Shown here in pieces: positions 42,200 through 52,085 of a stretch of DNA of 64,000 nucleotides. The notes beneath the pieces were generated by a model. The model was not told the origin of the DNA and ran no database searches. It saw only the letters and a program-made list of their open reading frames with translations. Origin of the DNA: Chitinophaga pinensis. Its GTDB lineage: Bacteria > Bacteroidota > Bacteroidia > UBA4408. The position numbers and the translations under genes are program-made. Numbering within the stretch: position 1 is the first letter of the stretch; each line of letters starts with the position of its first letter. Location: the NCBI GenBank assembly GCA_945872355.1, contig CAMBZU010000001.1, positions 16,676 to 80,675 of the forward strand, given 5' to 3'.

Positions 42200-43165
42200 A
42201 TGATAGTAATTACTGGTGCCGCTGGATTTATTGCGAGTTGTTTAGTTTCTAAGTTAAACGAACAAGGGTTTACCGATTTAGTGTTGGTTGACGATTTTGC
42301 AATGGCATCAAAACATGGCAACTGGGCATTAAAAAAATATAGAACATTAGTTCAAAGAAATGTTTTTTTTGATTGGCTTAAAGATAATCAGCAACAAGTA
42401 CAATTTATTTTTCATTTAGGTGCTAGAACTGATACTACCGAATTTAATCAGCATATTTTTGATGAATTGAATTTAAATTACAGTAAAAATATTTGGCATG
42501 CCTGTGTAAATTATAATATTCCGCTTGTATATGCATCTTCAGCTGCTACTTATGGAGCGGGTGAAATTGGCTATGATGATAATGAAACAAAAATTCAACT
42601 TTTGAAACCTTTAAATCCCTATGGAAATTCGAAAAATGATTTCGACAATTGGGCATTGATGCAAGAAAAAAAGCCATTGTTTTGGGCTGGTTTAAAGTTT
42701 TTCAATGTGTATGGTCCGAATGAATATCATAAAGGCAGAATGGCCTCGGTTATTTTTCATGCCTATCATCAAATTGCAGCTACAAGCGCTATGAAGCTTT
42801 TTAAAAGTCATAAAAGCGAGTGTGAGAATGGTGAACAATTACGAGATTTTATTTATGTGAAAGATGTTATAGAAGTTTGTTATTTTTTAATGCATTTGCG
42901 CAGGCACAGTGGTATATATAATTTAGGAACCGGAGTTGCCAGAACTTTTAAAGCTTTGGCACAGCAAACTTTTAAATCGATGGGCAAGGTTGAGCAAATT
43001 GAATACATTGATATCCCAAGCGACATAAGAGCTACTTATCAATATTTTACCGAGGCCAACATGCACAAATTGCAAAATATAGGATACAATAAAAATTTTT
43101 ATAACCTGGAAGATGGGATAGATGATTACGTGCAAAATTATCTTCATCAAAAACAGTATTTTTAA
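42200..43165 (+). CDS. hldD: ADP-L-glycero-D-manno-heptose 6-epimerase
   Basis: MIVITGAAGFIASCLVSKL Rossmann motif, YASSAATYG and YGNSK catalytic motifs. Confidence 0.8.
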   Translation: MIVITGAAGFIASCLVSKLNEQGFTDLVLVDDFAMASKHGNWALKKYRTLVQRNVFFDWLKDNQQQVQFIFHLGARTDTTEFNQHIFDELNLNYSKNIWHACVNYNIPLVYASSAATYGAGEIGYDDNETKIQLLKPLNPYGNSKNDFDNWALMQEKKPLFWAGLKFFNVYGPNEYHKGRMASVIFHAYHQIAATSAMKLFKSHKSECENGEQLRDFIYVKDVIEVCYFLMHLRRHSGIYNLGTGVARTFKALAQQTFKSMGKVEQIEYIDIPSDIRATYQYFTEANMHKLQNIGYNKNFYNLEDGIDDYVQNYLHQKQYF

Positions 43166-43173
43166 TTTTTGAG

Positions 43174-43704
43174 ATGAAAAGATTCACTGCCTATAAAACA
43201 GACAAACTAAACCCAAAGCAAACCATAGCTTTGATTGCTCAATTTAAACTTTTTAATTTGAATTGGTGGTTGCAAGTGATTGATAGTTTATGGCAACAGC
43301 GTGTAGTAAGATATTTTTTTGCAGCCGCTACGGCCACGGTTGTGGATGTTTTGGTATTTTGGTTTGTATTCAATAAAATACTTCACCAGCATAATCATAA
43401 TTTGTTGGGGATGATAGTTTTAAAAGCGCCAACTTTATCATTGATTTGTGGCTTTGGTTGTGGGCTAGTTACTAACTTTTTAATTACCAAATTTTTTGTT
43501 TTTAATCAATCAGATGCAAAAACAAGGTGGCAATTGATTAGGTTTATTTTAGTAGCTATTGTAGTGCTTATTTGTAATTATTATTTTATGTGGTTTTTAA
43601 CAGCTCAATTAAATTGGTATGCAACTGTTTCAAGAGCTGTTTCTGCTGTTACAATTGGGGTATTTAGTTTTACGGCACATAAGTTTTTTTCATTCAAATT
43701 ATAA
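43174..43704 (+). CDS. GtrA-family membrane protein
   Basis: 176 aa, 4 TM helices, RYFFAAATATVVDVLVFW N-terminal pattern. Confidence 0.55.
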   Translation: MKRFTAYKTDKLNPKQTIALIAQFKLFNLNWWLQVIDSLWQQRVVRYFFAAATATVVDVLVFWFVFNKILHQHNHNLLGMIVLKAPTLSLICGFGCGLVTNFLITKFFVFNQSDAKTRWQLIRFILVAIVVLICNYYFMWFLTAQLNWYATVSRAVSAVTIGVFSFTAHKFFSFKL

Positions 43705-43712
43705 AGTTGTAA

Positions 43713-45083
43713 ATGCTAGCTACTTCCGAAATAAAAGCCTTATTGGATTTGAAGAATAAAAGAGGATTGAAAGATTTTCTTTCTGATTATGGTGCTGAAG
43801 AAGTAGCTGATTTATTAAATCATCTTGAAGAAGAAGATTTGGTCTTAGTATTTAAAGCGATTGATCGCGATACAGCTTTTGCAGCCTATGAACTTTTAGA
43901 CATTAACTTTCAAATTGCCTTGCTCGATTTGTTGCCAAATAAGTTGGTAACACTCATCATTAATGATATGAGTCCTGATAAAAGAACTGCTTTATTTCAG
44001 GAGTTAGACAATGAAATGTTGAACAAGCATTTGAAATTACTAACATTGAGTGAAAGAACAGTGGCGCTTAATTTATTAGGCTATCCAGAAAATTCTATAG
44101 GACGATTGATGACGCCAGATTATATTGCCGTGAATGCAAGCTGGACAATTGATGATGTGCTGAGTTACATTAGAAAATACGGTGAAAATTCTGAATCTTT
44201 AAACGTAATTTATATCATTGACGAAAAGGGCATTTTAATAGATGATATAAAAGTAAGAGAAATATTAATTGCCAAACCTGAAACAAAGCTGCAAGAAATT
44301 ATTGATGGCAGATTCACCGCATTGTCAGTGCTAGATGATGAAGAGGTGGCGATTAATGTATTTAGTAAAACTAACAGAATGGCTTTGCCTGTAATTGACA
44401 AAAATGGATTATTACTGGGTATTGTTACAATGGATGATGTGTTGAGGTTATCAAAACAAGAAGATACAGAAGACATTCAAAAACTGGGTGGTGTTGAGGC
44501 CTTGCAAGAGCCCTACATGGATGTGCCTATTCCATTAATGATAAGAAAAAGGGCAGTATGGTTAATTGTGTTGTTTTTTGGAGAATTATTGACTGCTTCT
44601 GCAATGGCCTATTTTGAAGATGAAATTTCTAAAGCGGTTGTATTGGCTCTTTTTGTGCCGTTGATTGTAAGCAGTGGAGGGAATTCTGGCTCGCAGGCAG
44701 CAACACTTATTATCAGGGCAATGGCCTTAGGTGAAATAACAATTAATGACTGGTGGCGTGTATTAAAGAGAGAAATAGTTTCTGGTTTTGCACTTGGGCT
44801 AATACTAGCTGTGATAGGATTTATTAGAATTGGTATGTGGAATTATTTTACCCATGTTTATGGCATACATTGGATGGGAATTGCCGCCACTGTTAGTTTC
44901 TCTTTATTGGGTATTGTAATGTGGGGTACATTAATGGGAAGTATGTTGCCTATTGCACTTAAAAGATTAGGAGCTGATCCTGCTACTTCTTCAGCTCCAT
45001 TTGTGGCAACTTTGGTTGATGTAACGGGGCTAATCATTTATTTTACTTTTGCTTTGTTATTTCTTAAAGGAACTTTATTATAA
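43713..45083 (+). CDS. mgtE: Magnesium transporter MgtE
   Basis: N-terminal MgtE_N, two CBS domains, C-terminal TM domain with GGNSGSQAATLIIRAMALG. Confidence 0.9.
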   Translation: MLATSEIKALLDLKNKRGLKDFLSDYGAEEVADLLNHLEEEDLVLVFKAIDRDTAFAAYELLDINFQIALLDLLPNKLVTLIINDMSPDKRTALFQELDNEMLNKHLKLLTLSERTVALNLLGYPENSIGRLMTPDYIAVNASWTIDDVLSYIRKYGENSESLNVIYIIDEKGILIDDIKVREILIAKPETKLQEIIDGRFTALSVLDDEEVAINVFSKTNRMALPVIDKNGLLLGIVTMDDVLRLSKQEDTEDIQKLGGVEALQEPYMDVPIPLMIRKRAVWLIVLFFGELLTASAMAYFEDEISKAVVLALFVPLIVSSGGNSGSQAATLIIRAMALGEITINDWWRVLKREIVSGFALGLILAVIGFIRIGMWNYFTHVYGIHWMGIAATVSFSLLGIVMWGTLMGSMLPIALKRLGADPATSSAPFVATLVDVTGLIIYFTFALLFLKGTLL

Positions 45084-45152
45084 AAAAAATGTTTGTTTAT
45101 TTTACAATAATTAAAATCAAATTCACTTTTAATCAAATTAATATTTAAGCAC

Positions 45153-45689
45153 ATGTTATCTAAAAAAATTGAATCAGCAATAAATAAACAAATAGAATTA
45201 GAAGCAGCGTCTTCTCAATTGTATTTATCAATGGCCTCCTGGGCCGAAACAAAAAGTTTTAATGGAGTAGCGGCTTTTTTATTTAAGCATGCTGATGAAG
45301 AACGTTTTCATATGATTAAATTATTGAAGTTTGTTAACGAAAGAGGCGGTCATGCTTTGGTTCCAGCACTGAAACAACCTGATAAAGAATTTAAAACCTT
45401 AAGTGTAGTTTTTGAACAAATATTGAAACATGAAATTTATGTATCAAATGAAATAAACAAGTTAGTTGATATTTGTTTACAAGAAAAGGATTATACAACA
45501 CACAACTTTATACAATGGTATGTTTCTGAGCAAATAGAAGAGGAGTCGTTAGCGCGTAATGTGCTTGATAAGTTGAAACTCATTGGAGGTGATAAAGGCG
45601 GCATTTATTTCTTTGATCGTGATCTTGGTGCAATGGCTGCTATGAGTGCCCAAAACGAACAAGGTGGAGGGAAAGAAGGCAAAGCCTAA
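45153..45689 (+). CDS. ftnA: Non-heme ferritin
   Basis: INKQIELEAASSQLYLSMASWAE..ADEERFHMIKLLKF ferroxidase-centre residues. Confidence 0.9.
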   Translation: MLSKKIESAINKQIELEAASSQLYLSMASWAETKSFNGVAAFLFKHADEERFHMIKLLKFVNERGGHALVPALKQPDKEFKTLSVVFEQILKHEIYVSNEINKLVDICLQEKDYTTHNFIQWYVSEQIEEESLARNVLDKLKLIGGDKGGIYFFDRDLGAMAAMSAQNEQGGGKEGKA

Positions 45690-45709
45690 ATTTTATTTAA
45701 ATTCTTTGA

Positions 45710-45746
45710 AGGTCTTGGTTGTATTATGATCAAGACCTTTTTTATG
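45710..45746 (+). terminator. Rho-independent terminator after ferritin
   Basis: ggtcttg-gttgtattatgat-caagacc hairpin plus tttttt. Confidence 0.65.
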
Positions 45747-45803
45747 CATTTACCAATATAATATTTTGAATTATTGGCATGATTTATAAATCACATTGGT
45801 GTA
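45746..45803. repeat. Mosaic intergenic repeat, copy D (partial)
   Basis: About 80% identical over about 60 nt to the right module of copy A (gcaYttaccaat..attattggcatRatttataaatYacattggtRtaa). Confidence 0.65.
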
Positions 45804-45885
45804 ACTTGTGATGTTTCTAAAAAATAATTTGCAAATAATAAAAGGTTTAATTATTTTGACCAAAAATTAAACAAAATAACAATCT

Positions 45886-46809
45886 TTGCGTTATAGTTTA
45901 GCAACAATAATCAAAAACCAAAACTCAATTAAAGTGTCTTCATATTCAATTAAAGATTTAGAACGTATTTCTGGGATTAAAGCGCATACTTTAAGAATTT
46001 GGGAACAACGATATAATATAATAAGTCCAAAAAGATCTGAAACAAACATTAGGAACTACAATGACGAAGATCTAAAAACGATACTTAACATTGGTATTTT
46101 AAATAACTCAGGATATAAAATTTCTAAAATTGCTGAAATGCCGAAAGCAGCAATAACGGCTTCGGTGCTCGAAATTACATGTAGTAATTTTGATGCAAAT
46201 GTTCAAGTTGATAATTTAATTATTTCAATGACTGAAATGGATGAAGAACGCTTTGAAAAGTTTTTGTCAGCCAATATTATTCGTTTAGGTTTTGAAAAAA
46301 CATTTTTAGAGATTTTACATCCATTTATGGTGAAGGTTTCAATTTTATGGATTACAAATTCTATTAATCCTGCACAAGAGCATTTTATCTCTAATTTGGT
46401 GCGTCAAAAATTGATAGCTGCAATTGATGGTGTTTCAATAGACATAAAATCTAATGCAAGCAAGTGTTTGTTATACTTGCCCGAAAACGAGCTACATGAA
46501 ATTAATTTATTGTTTGCCAATTTAGTATTGAAAAGGCAAGGGTATAAAACTATTTATTTAGGGCAATCAGTTCCATATAGTGATATTAAAATGGTTTGTG
46601 AATTACATAAGCCCAAGTACATCATTTCAGTTATTACGTGTACTATGGCCGATATTAGTGTTGAGCAATATACAGAGCAGCTTTGTAATGATTTCCCAAA
46701 ACAAAAAATATTGCTTTCTGGTTACCAGTTTTTAAATAACTTCGCTAAAGTACCTGCCACGGCAAAGGTATTTAAAACGCCAACAGAATTGTTGGCTTTG
46801 GTAGCTTAA
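45886..46809 (+). CDS. MerR-family transcriptional regulator with C-terminal B12-binding-like domain (CarH/LitR-like)
   Basis: N-terminal MerR HTH (YSIKDLERISGIKAHTLRIWEQRYNII). C-terminal Rossmann-like region with degenerate E-x-H-x-x motif (ENELHEINL) instead of DxHxxG. Sits directly upstream of an ECF sigma and crtI-crtB. Confidence 0.55.
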   Translation: MRYSLATIIKNQNSIKVSSYSIKDLERISGIKAHTLRIWEQRYNIISPKRSETNIRNYNDEDLKTILNIGILNNSGYKISKIAEMPKAAITASVLEITCSNFDANVQVDNLIISMTEMDEERFEKFLSANIIRLGFEKTFLEILHPFMVKVSILWITNSINPAQEHFISNLVRQKLIAAIDGVSIDIKSNASKCLLYLPENELHEINLLFANLVLKRQGYKTIYLGQSVPYSDIKMVCELHKPKYIISVITCTMADISVEQYTEQLCNDFPKQKILLSGYQFLNNFAKVPATAKVFKTPTELLALVA

Positions 46810-46820
46810 TTTCAAGAAGT

Positions 46821-46880
46821 ATCGGCATTAACCATTGCATATTTATTTTTTTTGGACTAAAAAATAAAAGCATTTGTTAT
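46821..46880. repeat. Mosaic intergenic repeat, copy C (partial)
   Basis: atcggcattaaccattgcatatttattttttttggactaaaaaataaaagca matches the central/right module of copy B. Confidence 0.65.
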
Positions 46881-47317
46881 TACTTATTGTAAAATCAACT
46901 GGGATGTAATTTTTTTAGACCCATTGATTGGGACGCATTGCTTCATTGTAAAAAAATATTTGCTCTATCGAGTTTTATACTATTGTTCTCAAACAACATA
47001 AAAAGTATCCGCTTGGGTAATAAAAATGCCTCCTAAATCATCATATGCATTTTTGAATCCTATTTCTTATTGTGTTAATTTTGTTTTAAACACGCAGCAG
47101 AAGCCTATGCTTATTGATATTCTGTTATTAATTGATGTCTACAATCAATACAGTTAGTATCCGATAAATATATAAACAACAGCAATCGCTTAATTATAAA
47201 AAGTTTGATAGTGTTTAAAAAAAGAAGCAAAAAGATAAACAAAAATACAATTAATGTTAAACAAATTTGATTATTGTTTAATAAAAGAGTACATTTGTTC
47301 AACAAAAAATAAAGGTC

Positions 47318-47821
47318 ATGTCAACAATTGAATTCAACAATCAAGTATTAAACTTTAAATCTGCATTGAGCTATTTTGCATTAAGCCTCACTTGTAACTC
47401 AGAAGATGCAAAAGATTTACTTCAAGATACATTGGTAAAAGCTATCGTTTATAAGGATAAATTTGCCGATACTACAAATTTAAAAGCATGGTTATATACC
47501 ATTATGAAGAATACCTTCATAAACAACTATAGAAAATCAGTCAAAGTAAATAAAATAGTTGATAATACTAAAGATTTGTACTTTATGAATATCCCACAAA
47601 ACAGTGGTGTATCATCTCCGGTTGCTCAAATCTCAATTAAGGATATTAACTATGCAATTGATGGTCTTGGTGAAGATTTGAAAGTGCCCTTTAAATTATT
47701 TTTTGAGGGTTATAAGTATAAGGAAATTGCCGACCAATTTGATTTACCTATCGGAACTGTAAAGAGTAGAATTTATTTAGCTCGAAAACAATTAATGTTG
47801 GAGCTAAAAGATTTTAGATAA
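47318..47821 (+). CDS. ECF-type RNA polymerase sigma-70 factor
   Basis: Region 2 (LLQDTLVKAIVYKDKF..WLYTIMKNTFINNYRK) and region 4 (YKEIADQFDLPIGTVKSRIYLARKQL); 167 aa. Confidence 0.8.
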   Translation: MSTIEFNNQVLNFKSALSYFALSLTCNSEDAKDLLQDTLVKAIVYKDKFADTTNLKAWLYTIMKNTFINNYRKSVKVNKIVDNTKDLYFMNIPQNSGVSSPVAQISIKDINYAIDGLGEDLKVPFKLFFEGYKYKEIADQFDLPIGTVKSRIYLARKQLMLELKDFR

Positions 47822-47858
47822 TTATTTGCTTAATTTTACAAGCATTTAATTTTTATTT

Positions 47859-49340
47859 ATGGGAAAGAAAAAAGTTATAGTAATAGGTTCAGGTTTTGCA
47901 GGTTTATCTGCAGCTTGTTTTATGGCTAAAGAAGGTTATTTTGTAACTTTATTAGAGAAAAATAACAGTGCAGGTGGAAGGGCAAGAAAATTTGAAGCAG
48001 CAGGCTTTCTATTTGACATGGGGCCAAGTTGGTATTGGATGCCAGATGTGTTTGACAGATTTTTTGAACAATTTGATAAAAAAGCTGCAGATTATTATGA
48101 TTTGGTTAGATTGAATCCCTCTTATCAGGTGGTTTACAGTGCACATGAAAAGTGGAATATACCCAAGGATGTAGAAGATTTGGCGACTATGCTGGAGCAA
48201 ATTGAGGTTGGAGCAGCAAATAAGCTTAAATTATTTTTAGCTGAAGCTTCAATAAAATATGAAGTAGGCATGAAGGATTTGGTATTTAAGCCAGGCAGAA
48301 GTTTAAGGGAGTTTATGAGTATTGATTTCTTTAAAGGCTTATTTAAATTAGACTTATTTACTTCACATAGTCAGCATGTTAGAAAGTATTTTACAAATCC
48401 TAAAATCATTAGTTTGTTGGAGTTTCCGGTGCTGTTTTTGGGTGCAAAGCCGCAAGATACACCAGCTTTATATAGTTTAATGAATTATGCAGATATACAA
48501 TTAGGTACTTGGTATCCAATGGGAGGAATGCATAAAATTGTAGGAGGAATGGTTGAATTAGCTACTTCACTTGGTGTTGAAATAAAGTACAATCAAGCAG
48601 TAACTGGTTTTAATACAAAAAATGGTAAGGTTGAGGCAGTTAAAACTACTGATGTTAATTACGATTGCGATATTGTAATAGCAGGAGCTGATTATCATCA
48701 TATAGATCAAGAAGTTTTATCATTGCCAAATAGAAATTACACAGCAGCATATTGGGATAAGCGCACAATGGCTCCTTCCTCTTTGCTTTTTTATATTGGA
48801 ATAGATAAGAAAATTGATGGATTGCAACATCACAATTTATTTTTTGATGAAGACTTTGGAAAACATGCCATTGAGATTTATGATCATCCGCAATGGCCAT
48901 CAAAACCATTGTTTTATGTAAGTTGTCCTTCTGTTACTGATCCTTCGGTGGCTCCAGCTGGGAAAGAAAATTTATTTATTTTAATACCTGTTGCTCCTGG
49001 TATTGAAGATAACGATCAAATTAGAGAAAAGTACTTCAACATTGTGATGGATCGTTTAGAAACCTTAATAGGGCAATCAATAAGGCCTCACATTGTTTAC
49101 AAGAGAAGTTACGCGCATAAAAATTTTATAGAGGATTATAATTCTTTTAAGGGCAATGCCTATGGCTTGGCAAACACGCTGAAACAAACAGCTATTTTGA
49201 AGCCAGGTATAAAAAGTAAAAAATTAAATAATTTGTATTTTACCGGACAACTCACTGTGCCTGGGCCAGGGGTACCACCATCATTAATTTCAGGTGAGGT
49301 TGTGGCTAAAGAAATTATTAAAAATTTAGCACGAAATTAA
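47859..49340 (+). CDS. crtI: Phytoene desaturase
   Basis: KKVIVIGSGFAGLSAACFMAKEGYFVTLLEKNNSAGGRA FAD-binding motif; 493 aa CrtI-family. Confidence 0.85.
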   Translation: MGKKKVIVIGSGFAGLSAACFMAKEGYFVTLLEKNNSAGGRARKFEAAGFLFDMGPSWYWMPDVFDRFFEQFDKKAADYYDLVRLNPSYQVVYSAHEKWNIPKDVEDLATMLEQIEVGAANKLKLFLAEASIKYEVGMKDLVFKPGRSLREFMSIDFFKGLFKLDLFTSHSQHVRKYFTNPKIISLLEFPVLFLGAKPQDTPALYSLMNYADIQLGTWYPMGGMHKIVGGMVELATSLGVEIKYNQAVTGFNTKNGKVEAVKTTDVNYDCDIVIAGADYHHIDQEVLSLPNRNYTAAYWDKRTMAPSSLLFYIGIDKKIDGLQHHNLFFDEDFGKHAIEIYDHPQWPSKPLFYVSCPSVTDPSVAPAGKENLFILIPVAPGIEDNDQIREKYFNIVMDRLETLIGQSIRPHIVYKRSYAHKNFIEDYNSFKGNAYGLANTLKQTAILKPGIKSKKLNNLYFTGQLTVPGPGVPPSLISGEVVAKEIIKNLARN

Positions 49341-49341
49341 A

Positions 49342-50184
49342 ATGGACCAAATTTCTTTGTACAATAAAAATAGTTTCAAGTGCAGTAAACTTACTACACA
49401 AAACTATAGTACTTCATTTTCGTTAGGAATATTGTCTCTTAATAAAAAATTTCGTGATCCTATCTATGCCATCTATGGTTTTGTAAGGTTTGCAGATGAA
49501 ATTGTAGATACTTTTCATGATTATAATAAGCATGATTTAATTGAACGATTTGAAAAAGACACCTATCTCGCTATTCACGAAAAAATAAGTTTAAATCCAA
49601 TTTTACATAGCTTTCAATTGGTAGTAAACAATTACGGAATAGAAAGAGATTTGATTGATTTGTTTTTAAAAAGTATGAAAATGGATCTTCAGCAAAAAGA
49701 TTATGAGCAACAAAGTTTTGAGCGTTATATTTTGGGTTCTGCAGAGGTTGTTGGTTTAATGTGTTTGCGCGTATTTACCGTGGGCGATGATCATTATTAT
49801 CAAAAATTGAAACCGCAGGCAATGAAGCTTGGTGCTGCTTTTCAAAAAATTAATTTTTTACGTGATTTAAAGGCCGATTATTTTGCATTGGGTCGTGCTT
49901 ATTTTCCGGGTTTTGAATTGGATGAATTTAATGAGGAGAAAAAGAAACAAATAGAGTTTGATATTGAGCATGATTTTAAAGCCGGACTCGAAGGCATTAA
50001 GCAATTGCCTTATGGTGCTAGATTTGGCGTATATGTAGCTTATGTTTATTACTATTCTCTTTTTACAAAAATACAATCACTATCTGCAAATAAAATACTT
50101 ACGGAGCGCATTAGAATACCTGACTTCAGAAAATATATTTTAATTGTTAGGTGTTATTTTAAGCATACATTTAATAGCATTTAG
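49342..50184 (+). CDS. crtB: Phytoene synthase
   Basis: Squalene/phytoene synthase family (YGFVRFADEIVDT; Asp-rich region); adjacent to and co-oriented with crtI. Confidence 0.8.
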   Translation: MDQISLYNKNSFKCSKLTTQNYSTSFSLGILSLNKKFRDPIYAIYGFVRFADEIVDTFHDYNKHDLIERFEKDTYLAIHEKISLNPILHSFQLVVNNYGIERDLIDLFLKSMKMDLQQKDYEQQSFERYILGSAEVVGLMCLRVFTVGDDHYYQKLKPQAMKLGAAFQKINFLRDLKADYFALGRAYFPGFELDEFNEEKKKQIEFDIEHDFKAGLEGIKQLPYGARFGVYVAYVYYYSLFTKIQSLSANKILTERIRIPDFRKYILIVRCYFKHTFNSI

Positions 50185-50744
50185 TGATGAAAATTATTTT
50201 GAAATATTTTTTAATTATGCTTGGGCTATTAAGCAATGTTTCGGCAGAAAATGTTAGTGATATTCAGCATTTAAGAAATGAATTTAACATTGCCATTACA
50301 AATAAGGAAAATGCAAATAAGTTATACTTTCAACTATCAGCCTTAAAGCCCGCTAAAAATACTTTACAATATGCCTATTTGGGAGCAACTGAAGCACTTT
50401 TAGCAAAGCATGCAATTAACCCATTCTCTAAATTAAGCTATGTTAATAGCGCTATGCGAAAATTGAATATGGCGGTTGAATTAAATAAGAACGATATAGA
50501 AATAAGATATATGCGTTTTTCTGTTGAGTCCAATATGCCTGCTTACTTGGGTTATAATGAGCATATTGAAGTGGATAAAAATATACTTATCACAGGACTT
50601 TCGAATATTTATATTGATAAATTTAATTGCAAAATGTATCAAGTTTTTGCAACAGGATTGTTGAATAGTAATTATTGCAACCTTCATGAGAAAAGTTTGT
50701 TATATGTTATTATATCAAGATGTCAAAAAGCACAATTAAATTAA
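50184..50744 (+). CDS. Hypothetical secreted protein in the carotenoid operon
   Basis: ATGA start overlap with crtB; signal peptide (LLSNVSAEN); 186 aa; no crtZ/crtY motifs. Confidence 0.4.
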   Translation: MMKIILKYFLIMLGLLSNVSAENVSDIQHLRNEFNIAITNKENANKLYFQLSALKPAKNTLQYAYLGATEALLAKHAINPFSKLSYVNSAMRKLNMAVELNKNDIEIRYMRFSVESNMPAYLGYNEHIEVDKNILITGLSNIYIDKFNCKMYQVFATGLLNSNYCNLHEKSLLYVIISRCQKAQLN

Positions 50745-50754
50745 AATTAAGACC

Positions 50755-51600
50755 ATGCTCAACCTCAACCTCACTATAGATAGCCACTCAGGATTTTGCT
50801 TTGGTGTGGTTTACGCCATAGAAATGGCCGAAGAAATATTAGATGCACAAGGTTATCTTTATTGTTTAGGCGATATTGTTCATAATGATGAAGAGGTGAA
50901 CAGGCTTAAACAACTTGGTTTAATTACGATTGATCATGCTAAATTAGCTGAAATAAAAGATGAATATGTGCTTATTCGTGCGCATGGTGAGCCGCCATCG
51001 ACCTATCAAACAGCTATTGAAAATAACATTACACTTATTGATGCCACTTGCCCTGTAGTGCTTAAATTGCAGAATCGAATAAAGAAATCTTTTGACAATA
51101 AAGAGAAAATATTTTTGTTTGGAAAGCAAGGCCATGCTGAAGTTGAAGGTCTAATGGGTCAGATTCAAAATGAAGGGGTTGTTTTTGCTGATATTACTGA
51201 TTTAGATCAATCAGTAGTACCCGATGAAATTACCATTTACACGCAAACAACAAAAAGTAAACAACGTTTTCATGAAATAACTAATATTCTTCGTGACCGC
51301 GGAATAAAGGTGAATTCGCATGATACCATTTGCACACAAGTAGCCTATAGAGATAACGAGCTTAGAAAGTTTGCCGCAAATTTTGATAAAATAATATTTG
51401 TAGCAGGCACTAAATCGAGCAATGGTAAGGTATTGTATAATGTTTGCAAAGAGGTAAATGAACAAACTTACTTTGTTTCAAATGAAGAAGAAGTAAAATT
51501 AGAATGGTTTAAAAATGGTGATAAAGTTGGTATTTGTGGTGCTACAAGCACGCCAATGTGGTTAATGGAGCAAATTCAAAGTTTTTTAGCGAAGGCCTAA
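50755..51600 (+). CDS. ispH: 4-hydroxy-3-methylbut-2-enyl diphosphate reductase
   Basis: DSHSGFCFGVVYAIEMAEE N-terminus and conserved Cys ligands (CPVV, ICTQV); 281 aa. Confidence 0.85.
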   Translation: MLNLNLTIDSHSGFCFGVVYAIEMAEEILDAQGYLYCLGDIVHNDEEVNRLKQLGLITIDHAKLAEIKDEYVLIRAHGEPPSTYQTAIENNITLIDATCPVVLKLQNRIKKSFDNKEKIFLFGKQGHAEVEGLMGQIQNEGVVFADITDLDQSVVPDEITIYTQTTKSKQRFHEITNILRDRGIKVNSHDTICTQVAYRDNELRKFAANFDKIIFVAGTKSSNGKVLYNVCKEVNEQTYFVSNEEEVKLEWFKNGDKVGICGATSTPMWLMEQIQSFLAKA

Positions 51601-51602
51601 TT

Positions 51603-52085
51603 TTACAATTTATTTTCAGCTTTTAAAACCTTCCAAATCAAGTCGCTTTCATATCCTTTTGATTGTGCGAATAATGCTAGTTTTTTTAGTTTTAATGGCG
51701 TGAGTTTTCCTACGATACTTGCTCTTTTTTTTTCAATAATTTGGATTAACTTATTTTCATAATCATTGTCAGGTATTTGCTGCAGCGCTTTTTTAATACA
51801 ATACGGTGTAATTTTATGCATTTTTAATGCTTGTGTAATTTTTACTTTTCCCCAGTGTTTTATTCTGAATTTGCCACCTGCTAAAATAATTGCAAAGCGT
51901 TCTTCATTTATAAAATCTGCGCTTACAAGTTCTGAAATACCCGCCTCAACTTCTTCACTGTGCAAGCCCCATTCGTATAGTTTATTTCTAATTTCTTGTT
52001 GAGATCGCTCTTGATAAGCACAGTATTTTTGTGCTTTTAAAAGGGCTGTTTTGTAATCAAATATCTCTTTCTTTTTTTCCATCAT
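51603..52085 (-). CDS. recX: Recombination regulator RecX
   Basis: ALLKAQKYCAYQERSQQEIRNKLYEWG three-helix repeat pattern; 160 aa. Confidence 0.75.
   Translation of the reverse strand: MMEKKKEIFDYKTALLKAQKYCAYQERSQQEIRNKLYEWGLHSEEVEAGISELVSADFINEERFAIILAGGKFRIKHWGKVKITQALKMHKITPYCIKKALQQIPDNDYENKLIQIIEKKRASIVGKLTPLKLKKLALFAQSKGYESDLIWKVLKAENKL

Noticed and set aside
47111-47305. 64-aa minus-strand ORF in the MerR-sigma intergenic region.
   Set aside because: It has a Leu/Ile-rich low-complexity translation of AT-rich DNA and no ribosome-binding context. It more likely overlaps a promoter or operator region for the sigma/crt operon.
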